Source: Eledone cirrhosa (Eukaryota). From it: 64,000 nt of DNA. The notes under the pieces are model-generated. The model did no database searches, had not been told where the DNA came from, and saw nothing but the letters and a program-made list of their open reading frames with translations. The DNA lies in the NCBI GenBank assembly GCA_964016885.1, contig OZ024740.1, positions 45,756,001 through 45,820,000 of the forward strand, written 5' to 3'. Made by a program: the position numbers and the translations under genes. Shown piece after piece: positions 22,013 through 32,800 of this stretch (positions within the stretch are counted from its first letter, which is position 1; every line of letters starts with the position of its first letter).

Positions 22013-22056
<44 letters not shown>
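21078..22056 (+). mobile_element. Head-to-tail array of three LINE 3' ends, each followed by (ATT)n; units 2 and 3 have a 395-bp period
   Basis: Plus-strand translation HLKRKIRVEREVLSSQHFVERWVREASMARMNGPSLSMCL* matches the ORF2 C-terminus HFGRRIRMEREVLHPSRFYERWVKVARMARVNGPSLYISL*. Each unit ends AATAAAGAAAAC(ATT)n. Confidence 0.88.
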
Positions 22057-22057
<1 letters not shown>

Positions 22058-22245
22058 GGTGGATTAGCAGTATCGGTAGAGAGTCAGACGCCATGCTTTG
22101 CACCACAGTTATGTCCCTTTACGAACTGAGTTCAAATCCCGCCGAGGTTGACTTTGCCTTTCATCCTTACGGGGTCGATAAAATAAAGTACCAGTAATGC
22201 ACTGGATAATTGCTGGCCTTGTGCCTAAAGTAGAAACAATTATTA
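22057..22245 (+). mobile_element. Full-length SINE copy next to (ATT)n
   Basis: GGTGGATTAGCAGTATCGGTAGAG..GAGTTCAAATCCCG..GCCTTTCATCCTTACGGGGTCGATAAAAT..GAAACAATTATT. Confidence 0.88.
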
Positions 22246-22331
22246 TCATTATTTTTGTTGTGTTATTTCGTTTAGCTCATTTCTGTTTCTCTATTGTCGG
22301 GTTCAGGCTTTGAACCTGGCAATATATATTC

Positions 22332-23040
22332 TCATTGTAGAGAGAGAACTTGTCTGAGAATGTGTGCTGTCCCTAGTAGCCTGATCTTCTGTAGCTCATA
22401 TTTGCTGATCTTGCAGGGAAGGACACTAAGGTACAGGTCTGATGATTTGGGTATTAATCCTAATGCTCCTATTACCACAGGGATAGTGACTGTGGTCATC
22501 CTCCACATGCGGTTGATCTCTATTTCCAGGTCTTTGTATTTCGACAGTTTTTCCATTGTTTTTATAGATGTATTCTTGTCAGTTGGTACGGAAATATCTA
22601 TAAGGCTACATGTCTGATCTGTTTTGTATTTATGATGATATCTGGTCTGTTGGCCGCGATTTCTCGGTCGGTTATCACAGGCATATCCCACAAGATGGAT
22701 ATGTTGCCCTTTTCCACGACTGGTTTTAGTTGATGTTCATACCATTTGTTAGAAGTTTGGATGTTATGAGAGCGGTAGAGTGTCCAGTGCACATATTTGG
22801 CAATGCGGTTGTGTCTTTCTATAAAGACAATTTTTGCCAGCTCTGAGCACCCGGAGATAACATGATCTACCATTTCTTCATGTTTGTAGCATATTCTGCA
22901 TAAAGGGCTAGTCCCATCTTTCACTATTCTGTGCCTATAGTCCCGAGTGTTTAGAGATTGGTCTTGTGTAGCAGGTAAGAGTCCCACAGTCTCTGCTTTC
23001 AAACCAGCACTTATGAGTCAGGATAGTGAGCCATGCTGAT
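22332..23040 (-). pseudogene. RLE-type non-LTR retrotransposon fragment (R4/Dong-like): CCHC knuckle and restriction-like endonuclease, frameshifted
   Basis: CRICYKHEEMVDHVISGC, ERHNRIA, ILWD..TDREIAANRPDII, then in another frame LIDISVP..EKLSKYKDL..IPVVIGALG. Confidence 0.85.
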
Positions 23041-23239
23041 CGATATAATTCTGCGAATCTATCATGTAGTGGTTTTACCTTCCATTCACGGTTTAGTTCA
23101 AAAGGCATACTTACTAGGAACAGAAAGGGTTCTCCGATACGTCCTGAATATCTGGGCTGCAGGTAGGGGCTTGATATTCATTAGGGCAAATTTTCCCGTT
23201 AAATAAGATCATTGATTGAGATATCAAATTCATAACAAT

Positions 23240-23665
23240 ATTAGTTTCTTATTCAGGCACAAAGCCAACAATTTTTGGGGAGGAGGAGAGTCCATAAAAT
23301 CGACTCCAGTGCCTTACTGGAACTTTAATTTATCGACCCCGGAAGGATGAAAGCTAACCTCGGCGGGATTTGAACTCAGAACGTAAAAGGCCGTAACTCT
23401 CTGCCGCAAAGCCTGTTTTTCGATGCTCTACCGATACTGCCACCAAATTAATAATAATTGTTTCTACTTTTGGCACAAGGCCAGCAATACCCCAGTTCAT
23501 TACTGGTACTTTATTTTATCGACTCTGTAAGGATGAAAGGCAAAGTTAACCTCGACGGGATTTGAACTCAGACCGTAAAGGGACGTAACTATGCCGTAAA
23601 CGGACGTAACTATGTGGAAAGCATGGCGTTCGACCCTCTACCGATACTGCCAATTCACCGCCCTT
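23240..23665 (-). mobile_element. Two tandem SINE copies
   Basis: Reverse-complement B-boxes GGGATTTGAACTC at ~23365 and ~23557, each with the shared head and centre. Confidence 0.85.
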
Positions 23666-23679
23666 TTATAATAATAATA

Positions 23680-24425
23680 AGAAGACACTGGCTAAGAAAT
23701 GGCAAGAAAAGCCTCTGTATTGAAAATACCCAGAAAGAGCTAACAATCCTGATGTTGACAAAACTTTAACCCATCAGTGGTTGGCATCCTCTGGACTGAA
23801 ATCGGAGACTGAAGGACTGACCAGTGTCTGCCAACAAAATATTATCCAGTCAACATCATAAAAAATAGATGCAACCCATTATGCCGTATGTGTAAAAAAA
23901 ACAACGGGAGACCATTGATCATATAATTTCAATGTGCAGTCCTATAGCTCCAACCGAATACCTAAACATGCACGACAGAACTGCACAATACATACATTGA
24001 GTAATGTGTAAGCACTTTGACCTGCCCCATCAAAAGAATTGGTGGGAGCATCAACCACCTCCCGTACTTGAAAAAGGTCACATCTCAATTTTGTGGAACT
24101 TTAGCATCCAAACAGACCGAAAAATAGATGCAAATAGACCTGATATAATATTGAAGGACTTTAAAAAGAGGAGATGCCTGCTAATTGATATGTCCGTTGC
24201 AATAGACAAGAATGTATCTATAAAAACATTTGAAAAATTGAGCAAGTATAAAGACCGGGAGATAGGTATTGGAAAAAGTCGAGAACTAAAACAATACCAG
24301 TGGTTGTAGGTGCTCTAGGAATGATACCTAAGGGATCTAATGATTACTTATCCCAAATCTCAGGAAACCCGCGTATAGAAGAAATACAAAAGATAGTACT
24401 AATGGGAACTGCCCATATACTAATA
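23680..24425 (+). pseudogene. RLE-type (R4/Dong-like) retrotransposon fragment
   Basis: HQWLASSGLKSETEG, CRMC, and ILWNFSIQTDRKIDANRPDIILKD..LIDMSV..KYKD, with stops and frameshifts. Confidence 0.85.
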
Positions 24426-24606
24426 TGTCAATATAAATACATCACAAGTGTAAACACCTAAAGATACATGTGTGTGTGTGTGTTTTTTTTCTTGAATATG
24501 GCGGACCTTGTTGTCTCTTGAGGTCACTGGTTATGACTTGGCGATAGCTCGTATGAACATAAAGCAAGATAAATGAAAAAAAAAAATAATAACAACAACA
24601 ACAATA

Positions 24607-25227
24607 AAATGAAGGACTTGATAAGATCTGAATACATAAGGAGAGTAAGGAACAAACTAAAATGACATCTAAATAGTAGGAATGTCATAAGTGCAGTAAA
24701 TTCCCGAGCTGTGTCTATTATTAAGTACAGTGCGGGAATTCTCAAATGGAATGTTACCGAACAAAAAGAAATGGATAGAAAGACTACGAAGCTAATGACT
24801 GCCTACAGCATGTTCCACAAGAGGAGTGATGTTGATAGACTTTACTTAAAGAGATATGAAGGTGGAAGTGGTCTTATCAGCATAGAAGACTGTGTTCAGA
24901 TGGAGAAAAATAGTCTGCACAAATATGTGACTGAGAGTAGCGAGCCAATGCTCAAAGTTGTACTGATGGAGAAGACAATAGACTAGGGGATGTCCAAGGA
25001 GGAAGTAACAACAAAGAGGAAGAACAACCTTCATGAAAAATCCCTTCATAGTACCTTTTTTAAGAAAACAGAATTCAGAGATCCCAGATATGGAGCTGAT
25101 TAAAAAGAGGAGACCTTAACAAAGCTACAGAAGGAATGCTAATGGCTGCGCAAAAGCAAGCCCTCAGAACAAAGTGGGTGGAACACCATATTGACAAGGA
25201 GAAGGCTAGTTCACTCTGTAGGATCTG

Positions 25228-25270
<43 letters not shown>

Positions 25271-25295
25271 GGAGACTGTGGCTCACATCATCTTT
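24607..25295 (+). pseudogene. RLE-type (R4/Dong-like) retrotransposon fragment, post-RT region to zinc knuckle
   Basis: IIKYSAGILKW..EMDRKTTKLMT..HKRSDVDRLYLKRYEGGSGLISIED, then CRICGE..ETVAHI interrupted by (GA)n and a G run. Confidence 0.8.
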
Positions 25296-25630
25296 GAAAA
25301 CTCTTTGAGATAGTACCTAGTGCTCCTATCACAATCGAGACGACCTTGATCTCATGTCAGTCCCAAATCCTTTTTAATTCCCACTTTAAATCCTGCTATC
25401 GGCTAACTTTCTCCCTCTCCTTTTCTTGCACTCTTTTGTCAAAGGGGCAGACTACATCTACAATCAGGCACGATCTTTTTCCTTATCAAAAACCACCAAG
25501 TCAGGTCTATTGTGTTCCAATTTCTTGTCTGTCTGTATCCTGAAATCCCATAGTACCTTCACCTGATCGTTTTCTAACACCGACTCTGGCTTATGCACAT
25601 GCCACTTCTCAGAATGTGGTAAATTATTTA
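25296..25630 (-). pseudogene. Inverted RLE-domain fragment
   Basis: KWHVHKPESVLENDQVKVLWDFRIQTDKKLEHNRPDLVVFDK and a downstream VIGALGTI segment. Confidence 0.8.
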
Positions 25631-25689
25631 TAAGTTGTAAAGTATGTGTGAGAGCAGAAGAGAACAGTGTAGCCTGGTACATAAAAAAA

Positions 25690-26140
25690 TACCACTGAAC
25701 CATTGCTGTTGGAAATGAAAAAGTCAAATCTGTTTAAAATTGGAAATTGCAAAGAAAAATTGGAACACAAGAAAGAGAAGCAAATTGAAACTGAAAGGAA
25801 ATGGAAAGAAACGAGACAATTTAACAGGAACACAGAAGCCAAAATTGATTTGGAGCAGAGGTGGCTATGGATGCAGAAAAGTGACTTTAAACCAGAAACA
25901 GAAGCAAGCCTTCAGGACAAATTATGTTAACCACAAGATTGACAACTCAAGTGAAACAGAAAATTGTAGGATGTGTGGAGAAAAGGGAGAAACTGTGTGG
26001 CATATCACCAACCAGTGCACAAAGCTGGCACAGAAAGAATACAAATGACGCCATTATAATGTAGCAAAAATCATTCATTGGAAGTTATGTGGAAAGCACA
26101 AATCAAAAGGTGTTGAGAAAATGACCTTTACAAAGTAATG
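25690..26140 (+). pseudogene. RLE-type retrotransposon fragment (zinc-knuckle region)
   Basis: WLWMQKSDFKPETEA, then RTNYVNHKID..CRMCGEKGETVWHITNQCTKLAQKEYK*RHYNVA. Confidence 0.78.
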
Positions 26141-26754
26141 TGTTCATAAATAGAATTATTTTTATTGCCTCATTGCTCTTTTACAAAATCATTAGTACTG
26201 AAGAAGGTGAAAATGGGCTGTATATGAAATGCAGAGAAAAGAGAAGCAGTAGTTTGAAAGATATTGCATAGACAATTTGAATACTGAAAGGTCTTTGGAT
26301 TAACTCTTCCAAAGTTATTTAAAACGTGAGACTGCGGATATCAACCCGAGATCAAACTTTGAGTACTAAGTTGATGAAAGGGTAAAGGGTTATTCCTGTG
26401 GAATTAATACGGAAACCGCCATCCACACAGTGAAGGCATGCAAAATGTTAAATCAAAAAGAATATAAAAGAAGACATAGCAAGGTCTGTATATACCTTCT
26501 ATGTTCAATGTGTAAAAATATGGATGACAAAAACAAAGCAAAGATACTAGAGGACTTCACTATCCAAAACAACCGAATAAATATCATGTTATAAAAATTA
26601 TTCTCGATCGAAAATGCAATGATTAATTAATTAAGAAATCAAGTGTTACTCATTAAGTAATCCACTTAAACCATAAACTAAACCTTTTCAAGTGGTTCTG
26701 AGTCTCATTTTATATTTTTCTCTATTTTCATTAGTTTCCACTTATCTTGGTATC

Positions 26755-26798
26755 TCCCTGTCTGTCTGTTTGTTTGCCTGTCTGTGTATCTACCTGTG

Positions 26799-26850
<52 letters not shown>

Positions 26851-27450
26851 GCTCTGTCCCACTATCTCACTCTCTCTCTCTCTCTCTACTTTTGTCTCTG
26901 TCACTCTCTCACTACCTCTGTCTCTGTCTCTGTCTCTCTCCCTCGCTCTCTCTCTCTCTCACTACCTCTGTCTATGTCTCTGTCTCTCTCCCTCGCTCTC
27001 TCTCTCTCTCACTACCTCTATCTCTGTATCTCTCTCTCTCGCTCTCTCTTTCTCTCTGAGCCTGTCCCTCAGTCTGTGTGTCTGACTGCCTGTTTATCTG
27101 TTTATCTGTCTGTCTCACTGTCTCTGTCTGTATCTCTCTCTCACTCTCTATCTCTCCCTCTCTCGATATCTCTGCTTCTCTCCTTCCCCCTGTCTCTGTC
27201 TCTCTGTCTCTATGTCTGTCTGTTTGTCTCTTGCGTTTTCTGTCTTTCTGCTCTCCACCTCTTTCTCTCATTCTCTCTTTCTTTCCGTGTTTCTTTCTCT
27301 TTGTCTCTCTCCTCTCTCTATCTCGAATTTTCACTGTCTCTGCTTTTATTTCATTCTCTTTATATTTTGTCTGTCCATCTTCGTCTCTCTCTCTCTTTGT
27401 CTCAGTCTATCAGTCTCTCTTTCTCTCTCTCCATCTCTCTCTCACTTTTC
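26755..27450. repeat. Degenerate (CT)n/(CTGT)n polypyrimidine microsatellite
   Basis: Directly visible. The SLSL and RERE ORFs here are artefacts of the repeat. Confidence 0.95.
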
Positions 27451-28712
27451 ACTGATCATACAAAAGATATATATTACTGTCTCCGGATGACTAAAACTTG
27501 ATTTACACTGATTATTAAAGAAATATTACTGTCACGAGACGGTATACAGCTTGTTAAACAAGATATATATTACTGTACCCAGACGACATATAACTAGATT
27601 TACACACATTTCTCTTTTCTTTAGGTATTCACCATATATTTCTCTAATGAGAAATGTTTCAGGTAGAATTAGTTTTTCTTTGTTCGCCAATTCTGATAAG
27701 TGTTCGCAATGTTACTTCCTGACGCTTGGATGATAGACTTAATATGTCGCCCAGTTTAATAACTACAACATGGTCTTTGAGAGCCTAAGTTAACCCTGTT
27801 GCAATATTGGGACCAGATATCTGGTCTAAAGATAGTGTCCTATAATACTTGCCTGGATATTTGCAAGATACGAAGCAAACGATGTATCACAGAGAGTATC
27901 ATGGATGTTTCAAAACGTGTTGGACGCATGCGTGTAATTTTGTATTGAGAAGGAAGAGATTCAATGCTGGGAACCAGCCTCATATCTATAGATATTAATG
28001 ATAGAATAGTGGTGTTGAGAATCGCTTTGAATGGGAACCAGTTTGCAAATATGATTCTATTATGATGTAGTTTATCAATCCTGATTGAACCTACCCATAA
28101 CCAACTTATCTTTTCCTAGATTAGTGTATATAAAACTACATTATGTGATATTATTCCTTCTTTTGTTACACACTACATAAGATACACTCATTGCTACATC
28201 GTTCACTTCTTATATAAATATCCGGCTAAAAATTACTCTGCGTTTCTCACCGCTTTTGTCAGGAAGTGTCCAACTATTCTGAGCATCTATCTTGAGTTGT
28301 TTAGACCTACAAATATGATACATCAGAACTGTCTGTTTTTTTTGTTTTTTTTTAATGGCGATTTGGCCCCCCTATTTTAAGCAGGTAGAGCGACAACACA
28401 GAAGTTATTTTGTTGGCTCATCATTCTACTTTCTATTATGAACATTAAACTCTGTACCTTTCAGAGACAAACATTTTATTTGGTGACTTTAATTTGTAGA
28501 GCGACATCTGTCTGTACCCTTCGGACACAAGCACAATCTGTAAGCTGACTTCATTCTTTACCGTTCTGTAAAGAATTTAAGCTCTTTAACGAAACAGTCC
28601 TTATAGATGATATATTAAATACAGTGTTTAATCTAAAGTAAGGAGTGCGGGACTGCGTACAGTTTATAATTTTTTATCCCATAAATAAAATAAGTTGGAT
28701 TACTTTGAATAA

Positions 28713-28898
28713 ATAATTGTTTCTATTTTAGGCACAAGGCCAGCAATTACCCAGTACATTACTGGTACTTTATTTTATCGACCCCGTAAGGATGAAAGGC
28801 AAAGTTAACCTCGGCGGGATTTGAACTCAGATCATAAAGGGACGTAACTCTATGCTTCAAAGCATGGTGTCCGACTCTCTACCGATACTGCCAATCCA
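28713..28898 (-). mobile_element. Full-length young SINE copy with a probable target-site duplication
   Basis: Reverse complement of the dominant family. ACTTTGAATAAATAAT occurs on both sides (~28702-28717 and ~28898-28913). Confidence 0.88.
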
Positions 28899-29324
28899 CT
28901 TTGAATAAATAATGAATGAATATTACATAATTTATCTACTAAATTTAGTAGTTGTTGAATAAATATATTTTATTGTTTATTTAAAGATTCACTTCTTTAA
29001 CATTTTCAAATGTCAACACTTCTGGTTAGCGATCGCTTAAATAAACATTCATATATTTCCGTCACTAATTTTCCCCTAATGCAGTTTATATATAATATCC
29101 TCTTTTTTTAATGTATCATGGATTACTTTACTGATTACAGAAGACAGTGTTACGCAATCTTCGTTCAATTTCTGTTTATATTGTCAATTACGATGTTATT
29201 TGATGTATCATATCTACATGTATATAGACTTGCGTATAATATCAATATGCACAATACACGTCTTTATAAAAAAAAAGAGGGTTTACGACAATATGCTATA
29301 TGAAATAGATCTGATTTGAAGAGT

Positions 29325-29384
29325 CTTTCTATTTCTGTCTCCATCTTTCTTTCTTTCATTCTTTCTTTTTTCATCTTTATTTAT

Positions 29385-29455
<71 letters not shown>

Positions 29456-29520
29456 CCTCCCTCTCTCTCTCTCTCCCTCTCTCTCTTTCTTTCTCTTTTT
29501 ATCTTTCTCTCTTTCTCTCT
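29325..29520. repeat. (CT)n microsatellite
   Basis: Directly visible in the sequence. Confidence 0.95.
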
Positions 29521-29857
29521 CATTATGTCATGTCATTTAATTTCAATTCAGTTACAATCGTTCCAACGATGACCATTCGGTCATTTATTTGTTTCTATTG
29601 TTGACATTTATATCTGGACCGTTTGCCCCGACCTACTTGTTAGTCTGGGCAGGCATCCCCTTAACGATTGTGACCAATACTGTTTGATTTATGTTTACAC
29701 CAATTCCTATCCGTCTTCACATTCAAATGTTGACATATTGTCCAACTGGTCTATCGGAAATGACATTGTCAACCGTCTCATTATACTCGTACTTGCTAAA
29801 TAGTCTAAACCTAATGTTTGAATATGTTTTCACTGTTCTTTTTTGTTTTCGTTGTCC

Positions 29858-32800
29858 GTAACTAGACATTGGTGTTGTACAGCAAGAATTAGACCTACTG
29901 TCTATTGTTGTGTGTAACAAGATATTGGTGTCGTACAGCAAGAATTAGATCTACTGTCTATTGTTGTGTGTAACAAGACATTGGTGTTGTACAGCAAGAA
30001 TTAAATATACTGTCTATTGTTGTGTGTAACAAGACATTGGTGTTGTACAGCAAGAATTAGACCTACTGTCTGTTGTTGTGTGTAACAAGATATTGGTGTT
30101 GTACAGCAAGAATTAGACCTACTGTCTATTGTTGTATGTAACAAGATATTGGTGTTGTACAGCAAGAATTAGGCCTACTGTATATTGTTGTGTGTAACAA
30201 GACATTGGGGTTGTACAGCAAGAATTAGATCTACTGTCTGTTGTTGTGTGTAACTAGACATTAGTGTTGTACAGCAAGAATTAGATCTACTGTCTATTGT
30301 TGTATGTAACAAGACATTGGTGTTGTACAGCAAGAATTAGACCTACTGTCAATTGTTGTGTGTAACAAGACATTGGTGTTGTACAGCAAGAATTAGACCT
30401 ACTGTCTATTGTTGTATGTAACAAGATATTGGTGTTGTACAGCAAGAATTAGATCTACTGTCTATTGTTGTATGTAACAAGACATTGGTGTTGTACAGCT
30501 AGAATTAGATCTACTGTCTATTGTTGTGTGTAACAAGATATTGGTGTTATACAGCAAGAATTAGATCTACTGTCTATTGTTGTGTGTAACAAGATATTGG
30601 TGTTGTACAGCAAGAATTAGACCTACTGTCTATTGTTGTGTGTAACAAGACATTGGTGTTGTACAGCAAGAATTAGACCTACTGTCTATTGTTGTATGTA
30701 ACAAGATATTGGTGTTGTACAGCAAGAATTAGGCCTACTGTCTGTTGTTGTATGTAACAAGACGTTGCTGTTGTACAGCAAGAATTAGGCCTACTGTCTG
30801 TTGTTGTATGTAACAAGACATTGGTGTTGTACAGCTAGAATTAGATCTACTGTCTATTGTTGTATGTAACAAGACATTGGTGTTGTACAGCAAGAATTAG
30901 ATCTACTGTCTATTGTTGCATGTAACAAGATATTGGTGTTGTACAGCAAGAATTAGGCCTACTGTCTGTTGTTGTATGTAACAAGACATTGGTGTTGTAC
31001 AGCAAGAATTAGACCTACTGTCTATTGTTGTATGTAACAAGATATTGGTGTTGTACAGCAAGAATTAGACCTACTGTCTATTATTGTGTGTAACAAGATA
31101 TTGGTGTCGTACAGCAAGAATTAGATCTACTGTCTGTTGTTTTACGTAACAAGATATTGGTGTTGAACACCAAGAATTAGGCCCACTGTATGTTGTTGTA
31201 TGTAACAAGATATTGGTGTTGTACAGCAAGAATTAGACCTACTGTCTGTTGTTGTATGTAACAAGACGTTGGTGTTGTACAGCAAGAATTAGGCCTACTG
31301 TCTGTTGTTGTATGTAACAAGACATTGGTGTTGTACAGCTAGAATTAGATCTACTGTCTATTGTTGTATGTAACAAGACATTGGTGTTGTACAGCAAGAA
31401 TTAGACCTACTGTCTATTGTTGTGTGTAACAAGACGTTGGTGTTGTACAGCAAGAATTAGATCTGCTGTCTATTGGTGTATGTAACAAGACATTGGTGTT
31501 GTACAGCTAGAATTAGATCTACTGTTTATTGTTGTATGTAACAAGACATTGGTGTTGTACAGCAAGAATTAGACCTACTGTCTATCGTTGTGTGTAACAA
31601 GACATTGGTGTTGTACAGCAAGAATTAGATCTACTGTCTATTGTTGTGTGTAACAAGACATTGGGTTGTACAGCAGGAATTAGGCCTACTGTTTATTGTT
31701 GTATGTAACAAGACATTGGTGTTGTACAGCAATAATTAGGCCTACTGTCTATTGTTGTATGTAACAAGATATTGGTGTTGTACAGCAAGAATTAGATCTA
31801 CTGTCTATTGTTGTATGTAACAAGATATTGGTGTTGTACAGCAAGAATTAGGCCTACTGTCTGTTGTTGTATGTAACAAGATATTGGTGTTGTACAGCAA
31901 GAATTAGACCTACTGTCTATTGTTGTATGTAACAAGACATTGGTGTTGTACAGCAAGAATTAGACCTACTGTCTATTGTTGAATGTAACAAGATATTGGT
32001 GTTGTACAGCAAGAATTAGACCTACTGTCTATTGTTGTATGTAACAAGATATTGGTGTTGTACAGCAAGAATTAGATCTACTGTCTGTTGTTGTATGTAA
32101 CAAGATATTGGTGTTGTACAGCAAGAATTAGGCCTACTGTCTGTTGTTTTATGTAACAAGATATTGGTGTTGTACAGCAAGAATTAGACCTACTGTCTGT
32201 TCTTGTATGTAACAAGACGTTGGTGTTGTACAGCAAGAATTAGGCCTACTGTCTATTGTTGTATGTAACAAGACATTGGTGTTGTACAGCAAGAATTAGG
32301 CCTACTGTCTATTGTAGTATGTAAGAAGATATTGGTGTTGTACAGCAAGAATTAGATCTACTGTCTATTGTTGTATGTAACAAGATATTGGTGTTGTACA
32401 GCAAGAATTAGGCCTACTGTCTGTTGTTGTATGTAACAAGATATTGGTGTTGTACAGCAAGAATTAGACCTACTGTCTGTTGTTGTATGTAACAAGACGT
32501 TGGTGTTGTACAGCAAGAATTAGGCCTACTGTCTGTTGTTGTATGTAACAAGACATTGGTGTTGTACAGCTAGAATTAGATCTACTGTCTATTGTTGTAT
32601 GTAACAAGACATTGGTGTTGTACAGCTAGAATTAGATCTACTGTCTATTGTTGTATGTAACAAGACATTGGTGTTGTACAGCAAGAATTAGACCTACTGT
32701 CTATTGTTGTGTGTAACAAGACATTGGTGTTGTACAGCAAGAATTAGATCTACTGTCTATTGTTGTGTGTAACAAGACATTGGGTTGTACAGCAAGAATT

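Noticed and set aside
26692-27501. 269-aa Ser/Leu-rich ORF
   Set aside because: It is a translation of a (CT)n microsatellite.
27790-27830. piggyBac-like end TTAACCC followed by the 16-bp palindrome GACCAGATATCTGGTC
   Set aside because: No matching opposite terminus was found, so there is too little evidence to call an element.
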